DNA of 64,000 nucleotides, from the IMG/VR virus record IMGVR_UViG_3300029305_005443, positions 64,001 through 128,000 of that record; one strand, given 5' to 3'. The stretch is from a virus. Lineage: Duplodnaviria; Caudoviricetes. The position numbers and the translations under genes were made by a program. The notes beneath the pieces were generated by a model, which made no database searches, was not told where the DNA came from, and saw only the letters and a program-made list of their open reading frames with translations. Positions 31,363-41,110 of the stretch are shown piece by piece (within the stretch, counting starts at the first letter, position 1; every line of letters starts with the position of its first letter).

Positions 31363-32910
31363 ATGAGTTTTTTAGATAACTTAAAAAATGAAAATAACTT
31401 AACATTTACTGAGAATGGTGCTGTTGCATTATCTTCTACAATGAATGCTTGTTTGGATGCTTTTGGCTCTCTTGGAGCTATGAAAAACTCCAATGAAAGT
31501 GTTATTCTTGATACTTTCAAGAAAGCATTTGCAGAAGATAGAAAACTTGCCATGAAGATTCTTTTCTATATGAGGGATGCCCGTGGCGGTCAGGGTATGC
31601 GCAGGGTTTTTAGGACTATTGTTACTTATCTTGCAAACAATCACCCTGAGTTTGTTGAGAACAATTTTAAGAATTTTGCAGAGTATGGAAGATGGGACGA
31701 TTTTCTTTGTTTGTTGGATACTGATCTTAAAGAAAATGTTTTGTCCTATATTAAATCACAACTTCTTGAAGATGTTTGCAACTGGTACGATAATAAGCCA
31801 GTTTCTCTTCTTGCAAAGTGGCTTCCTTCTGAGAATGCATCTTCTCAGAAAACTATTGAAACAGCCAAAACCATTAGGAAATATTTGGGGTGGTCTCCGA
31901 GATCCTATCGTAAAACCCTCTCTAAGCTTCGCAATTATTTGAATGTTGTTGAAGTTAAAATGTCTTCCAATGAATGGAACAAAATTGATTATGCATCTGT
32001 TCCTGGTAAAGCATCACTTAATTATTCTGATGCCTTTACAAAACACGATGAAGAAAGATATATTAATTTCCTTATAAATACTTCTTCGCTCAATGCAAAT
32101 GCACTTTTCCCGGTAGACATTATACATAAAGTTATTGAATTAAATAATAGAAGAAAATGCTCGAGCAAGGATAGGATCTTGCTTGATAAGATGTGGAAAT
32201 CTCTTCCAAATTATCTTGAAGGCAAAGAAGAAACAGGCATTTGCATGGTAGATACGTCGGGTTCTATGTATGGGACTCCGTATGAAGTGGCTCTTTCTCT
32301 TGGCATTTATTGCGCTGATAAGTGTAAAGGACCTTTTAAGAATCATTTCATCACCTTCAGTGAAAATCCTGAGCTTGTATCCTTGCAAGGGGCAGACCTT
32401 GTTGAGAAAGTTTCTAATATTAGATGCATCAATGCTGGAAACACTAACTTTGAAGCAGCTCTTGATTTAATTCTAGACACTGCTGTGAAGTATGGAACCC
32501 CTCAGGAAGATCTTCCTAGTAAGTTATATGTAATTTCTGATATGCAGTTTGATGTGGCAAGGTGCGAGCGGCATTACACTGGCTGGTCCTTCAAGTATAC
32601 GCCTACTGAGCCATTTATGGAAAAAATGCGTAGAAAATATGAGGCACACGGTTACAAGCTTCCGTCCATTGTATATTGGAATGTTCGCGCATCTGAATGC
32701 GGAATGTTTCAGCAAAAATTCGATGGTGAAGATTGCGCCATGGTTAGTGGGTATTCAGCTTCGTTATTCAAATCCATTATTGAGGGTACCACTTATGAGG
32801 AGGTGGTTTCTGAAGATGGTAAGTCAACTAAGAGAGAAAAAATTGACCCTCTCACTGTTATGTTGACAACCCTTAATAATCCCAGGTACGATAAAGTCTG
32901 GGTCGGATAA
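31363..32910 (+). CDS. DUF2828-family protein (TROVE/Ro60-like helical region plus vWA domain)
   Basis: TENGA, RDARGGQG, YGRWDD, AKWLPSE, DTSGSM MIDAS, NTNF, ISDMQFD, YWNV, VSGYS; start after AGAAAGAGG SD. Confidence 0.88.
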   Translation: MSFLDNLKNENNLTFTENGAVALSSTMNACLDAFGSLGAMKNSNESVILDTFKKAFAEDRKLAMKILFYMRDARGGQGMRRVFRTIVTYLANNHPEFVENNFKNFAEYGRWDDFLCLLDTDLKENVLSYIKSQLLEDVCNWYDNKPVSLLAKWLPSENASSQKTIETAKTIRKYLGWSPRSYRKTLSKLRNYLNVVEVKMSSNEWNKIDYASVPGKASLNYSDAFTKHDEERYINFLINTSSLNANALFPVDIIHKVIELNNRRKCSSKDRILLDKMWKSLPNYLEGKEETGICMVDTSGSMYGTPYEVALSLGIYCADKCKGPFKNHFITFSENPELVSLQGADLVEKVSNIRCINAGNTNFEAALDLILDTAVKYGTPQEDLPSKLYVISDMQFDVARCERHYTGWSFKYTPTEPFMEKMRRKYEAHGYKLPSIVYWNVRASECGMFQQKFDGEDCAMVSGYSASLFKSIIEGTTYEEVVSEDGKSTKREKIDPLTVMLTTLNNPRYDKVWVG

Positions 32911-32922
32911 CAATAAAATATT

Positions 32923-32977
32923 AAGGCAGTCACAGCAAGTTTATAAAAATGCTTTGAATGTTTATAATACTGCCTTG
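32923..32977 (+). ncRNA. CAGCAA stem-loop RNA, copy 5
   Basis: AAGGCAGT-CACAGCAA...ACTGCCTT-G. Confidence 0.7.
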
Positions 32978-32988
32978 AACATAAACAA

Positions 32989-33122
32989 TAAACCCTAACA
33001 GCAATTCTATTTGAGGTTATAGTTAACTTTTCTTGTCATTGGTTCGAGTCCAATCTCATATTGCGAGCACGCTCACATTATGAGTAGCACAGTTGGTAGT
33101 GCAAAAAGGGAAAATGGGTTTA
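32989..33122 (+). ncRNA. YrlA-like RNA: CAGCAA stem plus permuted tRNA-like domain (copy 6)
   Basis: TAAACCC-TAACAGCAA...CTTTT, T-arm ATTGG-TTCGAGT-CCAAT, closed acceptor CTCATA/TATGAG, TA, D-arm GCAC-AGTTGGTA-GTGC, AAAAG...GGGTTTA. Confidence 0.78.
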
Positions 33123-33132
33123 GTAAAAACAA

Positions 33133-33188
33133 AAGACGGATACAGCAATCATTTATAATCAAAGCTACTGGATTTAAATTCCGTCTTG
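33133..33188 (+). ncRNA. CAGCAA stem-loop RNA, copy 7
   Basis: AAGACGGA-TACAGCAA...TCCGTCTT-G. Confidence 0.7.
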
Positions 33189-33193
33189 ATTTT

Positions 33194-33267
33194 AGGGGTT
33201 TCGGCAAGTGGTTCAAGCCAACGGACTTTGACTCCGTGACTCAGTAGTTCGAATCTACTAACCCCTG
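33194..33267 (+). tRNA. tRNA-Gln(TTG)
   Basis: AGGGGTT/AACCCCT, ACGGA-CT TTG AC-TCCGT. Confidence 0.93.
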
Positions 33268-33308
33268 CTGCACTGTTCGTTCATTGTGCAACCTCCTTTC
33301 TTTTTTCT

Positions 33309-33343
33309 GGCAAGCATCTGAAATATGGTGCTTGCCTATTTTT
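33309..33343 (+). terminator. intrinsic terminator ending the tRNA island
   Basis: GGCAAGCATC/GGTGCTTGCC hairpin followed by TATTTTT. Confidence 0.75.
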
Positions 33344-33348
33344 GATTG

Positions 33349-33377
33349 TTGACAAGTTTAATAAAGTGATTTATAAT
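33349..33377 (+). promoter_or_regulatory. sigmaA-type promoter
   Basis: TTGACA-17 nt-TATAAT; similar sites near 21737, 24172, 26582 and 30144. Confidence 0.75.
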
Positions 33378-33405
33378 AATATTATCAAATGAGGGAGGTT
33401 TCAAA

Positions 33406-33663
33406 ATGTCATATTACATTTCTATTGATGAAGAAAATAACATTTACAATCATCTTTGTGAAAATGGAATTTATGTCAGTGTTTATTCAAAAGAAGATTG
33501 TGTTGCAATTGACATTAGTTGGGGTGATTGGAAACACGAACATTTAGCTTGTTCTTGGGTGATGGAAGAACTGGGGTACTATCAGTTTAATCAAACTGTA
33601 ACAGAAGAAGATGGGTCGGATTGTTATTCTGCAATTCATTATTATAAAAAGGAGGCAGCGTAA
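33406..33663 (+). CDS. hypothetical protein
   Basis: GGAGGT SD; WGDWKHEH...SDCYSAIH. Confidence 0.75.
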   Translation: MSYYISIDEENNIYNHLCENGIYVSVYSKEDCVAIDISWGDWKHEHLACSWVMEELGYYQFNQTVTEEDGSDCYSAIHYYKKEAA

Positions 33664-34106
33664 TGACTAATGAGGAAAAAAGAAGACTGAAGCATCCAGA
33701 AACTTCTTATTATCATTATAAAAATGTAAATCCTAAAAATAAAATTACTTCGGACTGTGTTTTCAGAGCCATTTCAAATGCAACTGGAATTGACTATGGA
33801 GAAGTTGTAGTAGATATGGCTTATCTTCAAGCTGAAACTGGGTATGACAGTGGAGAAAATAGATTGATTGATATGTATCTTTCTAAGCGTGGTTGGGTAA
33901 AAATGAAGCAACCTAGAAAGTTTGATAACACAAAATTTACCGGGAAAGAATTTATAGATAATTTCTGTCATAATGAAAGACATAAAAGAGTAATTATTTC
34001 CATCGGATCTGGCCATTTAAGTAGTATTGTAAATGGCAAATTTGAAGATATTTGGAATTGCAGTTCTGGAAAAGTTGGTGTGTACTGGATAAGGAGTTGT
34101 GTATGA
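33663..34106 (+). CDS. conserved phage protein (possible cysteine-peptidase-like fold)
   Basis: NP...DCVFRAIS...HL...DIWN. Confidence 0.65.
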   Translation: MTNEEKRRLKHPETSYYHYKNVNPKNKITSDCVFRAISNATGIDYGEVVVDMAYLQAETGYDSGENRLIDMYLSKRGWVKMKQPRKFDNTKFTGKEFIDNFCHNERHKRVIISIGSGHLSSIVNGKFEDIWNCSSGKVGVYWIRSCV

Positions 34107-34336
34107 TTGTAATACCTAACATGGATATGACAATTACCTGCGTAGGGTGTCCTCTCTTTCATCCAATAAATAATAACGATAACTAGAAAAACCAAAATGG
34201 TGTCCATTAGAAGAAGTATATCTATAAAAATAACAATTTGTAAAATAAAATAAATTGTTTTTTAATATATTAATTAATAACAAAATTTAGTGTAAGGATA
34301 TAAAATATCAATACAAAAACCTTTAAGAGGTAAATA

Positions 34337-34732
34337 ATGAAAAATAAAAAATTAAGTATATATGGAAATCCAGAAAAGAATATGTAGTTGTTTAATGCTT
34401 CTTTAGGAAACTGTATAACTGCTTTAGAAGGAATACAAGAAAATATGTACGATGAAGATATTTATCTTGGTTATCGTTATGACGAATTTATAGAAGCTTG
34501 TGAAGCTTTAAGAAAAGATTATATTTCAGACATGGATTTTTATAATGATTTTCTTTTTTATAACACAGACCAATTCCTTTTGAATACTATTAATAAAGAT
34601 TATCCAGAAATTGATGAGGAAAATGTTTCGGATGTTGTGGAAGATTATCTGATAGATATTTGTAAAACAGTTGATAAAGAATTTTTGTATGATTATTTAG
34701 AAGAACATTTTGGTGAATAGAATGAAGCTTAA
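34337..34732 (+). CDS. acidic hypothetical protein (2 TAG)
   Basis: GAGG SD and ATG 34337 in frame through TAG. Confidence 0.65.
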
Positions 34733-35225
34733 AAAACTATTTGAAGCTGAAGGTGAAGACTTTAGTGAAGAAGATATTTTTGTTGATGAAGAAGAACCAG
34801 TTGAAGAAGTAGAAGAAACTGATTTGGATACTGACACAGAAATAAATAAGTTAATAAAAAAGAAAATTTCTTTTCCTATTCTTATTGAAGGCTATGACGA
34901 GGAAGATAACGCTGTTGGAATGCCATACGATGAAGAAAAAGAATTTGCTTCTGAATATGGCGAAGCAGTTATAAAAAATATAGAAAACAATAAGAAATTT
35001 ATTTTATCTGCTTTAGACATTTATGATTTTGAAATGTACTATGATGATTATGATAGTAATTCCAATGTGAAGTTTATTGCAGAAATTGGAAAACAAGTTT
35101 CAAATGATCTTTTTATGAATGTACTTAAAAGATATTTTAAGGTTGAGATGGAAAGTAAAATTACTGATGATGGTGAATTTACTCTTAATCCTGTTCTCGA
35201 TAATAAATTTATTAGAATTAGTTGA
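34722..35225 (+). CDS. acidic protein, putative head component
   Basis: MKLKKLFEAE leader. Confidence 0.65.
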   Translation: MKLKKLFEAEGEDFSEEDIFVDEEEPVEEVEETDLDTDTEINKLIKKKISFPILIEGYDEEDNAVGMPYDEEKEFASEYGEAVIKNIENNKKFILSALDIYDFEMYYDDYDSNSNVKFIAEIGKQVSNDLFMNVLKRYFKVEMESKITDDGEFTLNPVLDNKFIRIS

Positions 35226-35235
35226 GGTATAAATA

Positions 35236-35436
35236 ATGGCGGGTGTTCGTGAATATTCAGATATGCTTTTTGATATGATTGAAGATGGCGCGGTAGATGC
35301 AGAAGAGATTGCTAAAGATCTTATCTATTGGTGCTCTGAAGATGATATTAAGAGATTTATGGAAGTCAGAGACTTACTTCCTGACGAAGAAGAAGATGAG
35401 TACGATGACGATGTTGAAGATCTTATAAAACTGTAA
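35236..35436 (+). CDS. small acidic protein
   Basis: GAGG SD, ORF. Confidence 0.65.
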   Translation: MAGVREYSDMLFDMIEDGAVDAEEIAKDLIYWCSEDDIKRFMEVRDLLPDEEEDEYDDDVEDLIKL

Positions 35437-35517
35437 TTGTATATAAAATAAACTAAGGTTAAAGAAGTTGGTGAAATATCCGACTTCTTTGTTGTTTAAT
35501 ATCACAAGGATTTTTTA

Positions 35518-36582
35518 ATGGAAAATTTTGAAAACAAAACTCAATTGTATGAGTATTATGTTGCTGGTGGCAGAGTTGCCACTCAGGATTATGTGGATAC
35601 GGCAAGACAGCAACTTAAAGATCAGTATAATATAGAAGAAAAAGATTTAATCCCTGATGAAAAACAAGCATACCATGTTTATCAAGCTATGAAGAAGAAT
35701 CGTTGGAAAGCTGGTATAAATGTCAATTCTATTCAGGATGCAGATAAATATATTAAATATTTGTATGCTGCAGCGGCATTGGGGCATAATGCTTACGTAG
35801 GAAAAGCCTGGTATCAGAGCCCTTATGATCGTCCAAAGATAAATGATAATCATATATCTGATAGGGCAGTTGATTGGATTTCTGCATTGGGTTCTGTTGC
35901 TAATATTCAATCTCTTATTGCTTCTGCTGAAGAAAAACAGAAAGCAAAAGATTAGAAGAAAGCAGAGAGAGCACAAAGAGCTGAAACTCAAAAACAACAG
36001 GATATTGCTAGTGGAAAGATAAAGACACCTGGTAATTTCAGCATTACTTCTGACGGTTATTTTGGAGATCGTTCTGTTTTTGATAAAACTATTGCAGATG
36101 GTAATGATGTTAAAATTGTTTCTACAGAAACTTATTCTCATTTACCAACAGGCAGGAATGTTCGTAAAGTAGAAATTACCTATAATGAGGGCAAACCAGA
36201 TGAATTTAAGCAAGTAGCTTTATTCAAACCTGATACTAATTCTCCTGAATTTGTAAAGCCAGAAGGTATTAACGGTTGGATTCCAATTGATAATTTTAAG
36301 AGATGGATTCCAAAGAAGCTTGAACAACTTAGAGCTGCAGCTGCATCCGCTGCAGAAGATGAAGAATCTGAAGTTGAAGAAGAATCCCTTAAAGAAGAAA
36401 AGATTATTAATACTAAAATCAATATTAGAGAATCTTTAAATAAAATTGATTTAAGAACAGATAATAGATATGATTTAAGGAATCTCTATGATGCCTGTGT
36501 TTGGACAATACAGAAAAAAGAGCTCTTGCTGAGATGCTTAGTAAAAATACTAGTGCTTCTTCTCTTTATGAAACACTTATGA
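35518..36582 (+). CDS. putative internal head protein (TAG 35953; possible frameshift near 36500)
   Basis: Frame continues more than 600 nt past the TAG. Confidence 0.65.
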
Positions 36583-36637
36583 ATAAGTTTTATGGTAAGA
36601 AGTTGCTTTAATTTAACGATATAAATAAGGAATTAAA

Positions 36638-37945
36638 ATGAAAATCCTTAAAGAATATAACTATAAAGGTTATGGAATAGAATATCCAAAGCATTTTGGT
36701 GCTTATGGTGTAACTGTTGCTAAAGATGGCAAAGTAGTCATGGAATTTGATAATGAGCACGATGCAGAAGAATGGATTGACGAACAGGAAGCAGAATCGT
36801 TAAATGAAGAACTTAATCCAGAAGATGTTGGTGCTTCATCTTTATTTATGGATCTTATAAATAAAGAATATGAACTTCTTCAGATGTACGATTCTGCTCA
36901 AGTTACTCTCGATGCCAATGGTGATAATAGATTTGAAGAAATTTTTAACTATATTGCTGATGATATAAATATCCATGTTGGAATGCTTCAGTCTTGCTTA
37001 GAAGATCTCAATGATTCTGGTGCTCAAACAGAAGAAGGTGAGCAAAAAGCTGATGAGCTTATTGGTGAGTCTTTAACTGAAGGTTACGAAGATATTCCAC
37101 TTATTGATAGAATTGATTTTGAAAATAAATCAAAGTGGTACCCAAGTATTATTCCATTCAACGATTTTATAGATGCATTAAACAAAGTCGGCAAAGATGT
37201 CTTCAAAGTTAGAACAACAAAATTTGGTAAAAATTTGAGCAATGCCGACTTAACCGATGAATGGATGAATATTAAGAAGAATGGTTGGTCAATTCAACTT
37301 GCAAACGATTCTTCACTTCCGGGATTTAAAGAAGTTTATATTTGCAGAAAAATTCAACCTAAAGAAGAAAGCTTGACTGAAGCTACCAAATTAGATATTA
37401 TCAAAAAGCACAGAGAAATTTATAATAAAATTCTTGAAGATATTAAGAATATGTCTGGGTTAGAAAAAGATGTTGCTGAAAACATTACATTAACTTGGAT
37501 TAAAGGAATAAATGGTGATTGGCTTGGTGGACTTGGATCTGGTTCTTCTGCTGACAAACTTTTTGAAAAAGTTGTAAAATTAGGTTATTCACCAGATGAG
37601 ATTAGTTCTGAATTTGAAAGACAAATGAAGATTTATTCTTCTTTGGATGAAGCTTTAACAGAGTCACAAATTGGTTATTCAGATGAATTTGTTTAGAAAT
37701 TATACGATTTTGCAAAAGAATCTGACCCATATGATTTTGATGATGAATTTGAAGAGTTCAAAGAAAGAATATGGCAAATAGATCCTATTGACATAATGGA
37801 ACAAACAGAAGATGTTCTTATTTCTTCTGCCCCAGATGAGGGTAGTAAATTATACAAACTCGGCAAAGAAATAATGGAAGATGCTAAGAAATATTCTGTG
37901 TTTTCTGAGTCTTTAACATTAGACGAAAGTTTGTTTGAGGAATAA
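36638..37945 (+). CDS. acidic multi-segment protein with ESLTE-type linkers
   Basis: Read through TAG 37694 to TAA two nt before the next ATG. Confidence 0.75.
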
Positions 37946-37947
37946 TA

Positions 37948-38763
37948 ATGGATATTTGTGAAGCTATTGATATATTAAATAATAATGTTAAAGTAAACTT
38001 TAATGAAGATCTTAATGACAGTGGTAAAAGACTTGTTAAGGATCTTTATAAGGATGCAACAGGTTATAGAAAAACTCCTAAAGTTGAATTATCTTCTAAA
38101 GACAGATTATTCCTTAAGCGCTTTGGCAGAGAAATGATTGATGAGTATATTCCTCAATACCAAAATGATGAAATTGATTTCAAAGTTATGGTTAATGGGC
38201 TTGTTTCTCAAGCTATGGCTGCAGATATTAATTTAGATGTTGTCATGCCAGCATATGAATATATTAAAGATCTTGCTAAAGAAGATAATCTTTCTAATTT
38301 CTCAATTGATGATTTTATAAACGCTGCTTCTGGTGCAGTTAACAAAGTTTCTGATGCTACTAAAGCAAGCAAAAACTATAGACTTAACCAATTCAAGAAA
38401 GGTGAAGTTGGAGATAGATATAAAGAATTTCCATATTATGTTTCCATTTATGAGCATGGTGCAGTTTATGAACCAGCTGAAGGTGGTTACTATGTTGATG
38501 TAGCGGACCTTTCTTCTGCAAAAGGTTTTCAAACCATTGAAGAAGCTCAAAAATATGCAGAAGAAGTAGCTCAGGAATATATTGGAAGCACAGGAGATGC
38601 TTGGGGCTCTGATTTAGGTGATATAAGAGAAGGTGGTTCAAGTGTTAAAGGAGCTACTGATTATCACCTTGAAGGTAAATATATTGGTGATGGTGTTGAT
38701 ATTTGTGTTGAAGACCCAAAGAGTCTTGGCAAAAAAGAATATCATTATCATGGGTATGAATAA
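37948..38763 (+). CDS. hypothetical (putative virion) protein
   Basis: ORF. Confidence 0.75.
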   Translation: MDICEAIDILNNNVKVNFNEDLNDSGKRLVKDLYKDATGYRKTPKVELSSKDRLFLKRFGREMIDEYIPQYQNDEIDFKVMVNGLVSQAMAADINLDVVMPAYEYIKDLAKEDNLSNFSIDDFINAASGAVNKVSDATKASKNYRLNQFKKGEVGDRYKEFPYYVSIYEHGAVYEPAEGGYYVDVADLSSAKGFQTIEEAQKYAEEVAQEYIGSTGDAWGSDLGDIREGGSSVKGATDYHLEGKYIGDGVDICVEDPKSLGKKEYHYHGYE

Positions 38764-38786
38764 TAATTTATTTTAAGGAAAATAAA

Positions 38787-39224
38787 ATGAATTTAGAACA
38801 ATTTAGAGAAGAAAGAAAAGCAAGGTTGGCAAATCTTAAAGAGGCCCTTTCAAATTTGCCAGAACTTTCTGATGATAAGGCGCACATTGAAGTTGATGTC
38901 ACAACCGGTGATGCCATAAATTCTTCTGAAGAAAGAGAAGAAAAGGTTAAAGAAGCTTTCAAAGAAAAGAACAAAGAAACAAAAGAATTTGTCAAAAAGC
39001 AAGACGAAGAAAGAGAAGTCGATAAAGAAGAAAAGTCAGAAAACAGACTTATGCTCGATGAGTCCCTGTTTAAAGAAGATTATTCTGATGGTAATAAATT
39101 CTTTGCAGTTGTTAAAGAAGATGGTTCTTTTGCTGGTGTTCCTTGTTATTCTTTTGAAGAAGCTGTAGATCTTTCCAATCAGCATGAAGGAAGCCATATC
39201 TTTGAGATGAAACTTGCAGATTAA
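38787..39224 (+). CDS. acidic hypothetical protein
   Basis: ORF; LDESLFKE. Confidence 0.75.
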   Translation: MNLEQFREERKARLANLKEALSNLPELSDDKAHIEVDVTTGDAINSSEEREEKVKEAFKEKNKETKEFVKKQDEEREVDKEEKSENRLMLDESLFKEDYSDGNKFFAVVKEDGSFAGVPCYSFEEAVDLSNQHEGSHIFEMKLAD

Positions 39225-39244
39225 TTAACATTAGGAGTTAATTG

Positions 39245-39910
39245 ATGCAATTATTCGATAATTTTGACAATATACCAAGTAACTACATTCCTAATAATAT
39301 GTTTCCACCTATTCCTCAAATAATGGTGGAAGTGGATGACGACACAGTTCATCCAATATTCAGGGATGGTAAGTTAAAAGGATATTGGTGGCATTGGGGA
39401 GATAGTATTTCTCTTCCAATTAAAAATCAATTACATATAAATATACCTGCTCAAGCTATTGTTGTATATAATTCTGGAGAAACCCCCACTTACGAAACAG
39501 TTGGTACTTTTGTTGGGTAGAAGTATTATAATTTAGCGGATCTTCAATCTTGGACTTTAACAGCTATAGTTCCAGATATGATTGAAGAAAATATTCCTGC
39601 TTATTCTTGGACAAAAGATGATAAGCTTACTTATCCTAAATGTGGGGCTAATACTACTCCTGTTGACATTTTAATTCCTCTTAAAGAACATGAGCAAATT
39701 GTTGTTCAAATGTTCAATTTTAGGAAAGAGAGGATGTTTACAGAAATATATACTGAACCAGAATTCACTTGGACTTTGAGTGCAGATGATTCTCTGAAGT
39801 TACAGCCAGGTATATATTTCTTTAATGTTCATCTTGAATCCCGTTATGAGCAAATAACTTCTGATTTGAGATTGACAAATGCTTATGAGATTGTGGTAAA
39901 AGGTTTCTGA
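39245..39910 (+). CDS. putative structural protein (TAG 39518)
   Basis: Two ORF-track fragments in the same frame. Confidence 0.7.
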
Positions 39911-39918
39911 GGTAAATA

Positions 39919-40575
39919 ATGGATATTGGAAACAACATTTATCCAGCTGGCATAAAACCACCAGAAATAAATGTGGGATATAATGAAATTCCACTTCCTG
40001 GTATTAAGCCAATACAGATAGATGTAGGATATAATGAAAAACCTGATAAATTAAAACCCCCAGAAGTTGATGTGGGCCACAATGAGACCATTGAGAAAAA
40101 GAAACCTAAATGTTGTCCCAATGTTCCAAAAGACATAACACCACCAGGTGGAGATCCGCATCAAATAGTTCCACCACATTTAATTCAGATAGATGAGACG
40201 TTGACAAAGCCAGGATGGGCAGCGGATGCTGCTGTTACTGGCTATTTGATTAGGCATTTAGGTGCTCCTGTATTTTTTGTAGAATATGGTCAAACTACAC
40301 TTCAAGAAATATTGGATGCAGATGCAGAAGAAAAAGTCATTACTTGTCTTATTGATGATAAGACTTATTTCTTATCTTCTTTGGATTAGAATGGTGCTAC
40401 ATTAACTGCTACTTATGAAATCGCTGGACATTCATATACACAAACAATAAATATAAATTCTTCTGGTGTTTGGTCTTCAACACAACCCGTAGAACTTGCT
40501 TCTGTTACTTATGTTAACGCCATTATAGATGCTAAGTTGCAAGATATAGATATTGTAGATGGTAATGTTTGGTAA
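39919..40575 (+). CDS. putative tail-associated protein (TAG 40387)
   Basis: Three KPPEINVGYNE-like repeats; DETLTKPGWAADAAVTG motif. Confidence 0.7.
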
Positions 40576-40587
40576 TAGGAGGTATGA

Positions 40588-41091
40588 TTGTCTACATTAA
40601 ATGCAAGGATAAAATTAAGGCGGGACAATGACTACAATTATGCTTCCAACTTTGTTCCTTTATTCGGTGAAGTTTGCTTAGTAGATACTGCCAAAGAAGG
40701 GTTAAAGGTAAAGGTTGGTGACGGCATAACACCATTTGGTAGCCTTGATTGGTATTATCCAGTTGATTTTGGTTAGGCAACCTTAATCCTTGGGTATTAC
40801 TATAATAATCAATTTTATTATGATGCAGGTCACACAGAACTGGCTGTTAGTGATAGTAGAGATCTGTACATAGATAAAAATTAGTCAATAATATATTATT
40901 ATACTGGTGCTGTTTATAAAGCGGCGTCAACTTAGATAGTTCACGCTTCTGAAGTGGTAGATGGTATTATGAGATTATATAATACCACTGGACAAAATAT
41001 AGATGGCACAATGACATAGAAATCAATCACAGACGGGCTTGAGGAGTTAAAGCTCACTGTTGATGGTGAAACTTTATCTGCTCAATACTGA
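40588..41091 (+). CDS. Mtd/hyaluronidase N-terminal-like tail-fibre protein (4 TAG)
   Basis: LRRD...GEV...KVGDG...; GQNIDGTMT*KSIT matches the MTQKA motif. Confidence 0.75.
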
Positions 41092-41110
41092 TTTAGGAGA
41101 AAATAATAAC

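Noticed and set aside
29508-33188. CAGCAA elements as a CRISPR array or as terminators
   Set aside because: Repeats are not identical or regularly spaced and there are no cas genes; stems enclose large loops and lack U tracts
30442-39498. Exact 17-mer ACCCCCACTTACGAAAC at about 30442 and 39482
   Set aside because: Single same-strand match, one copy inside a CDS; compatible with chance in 64 kb
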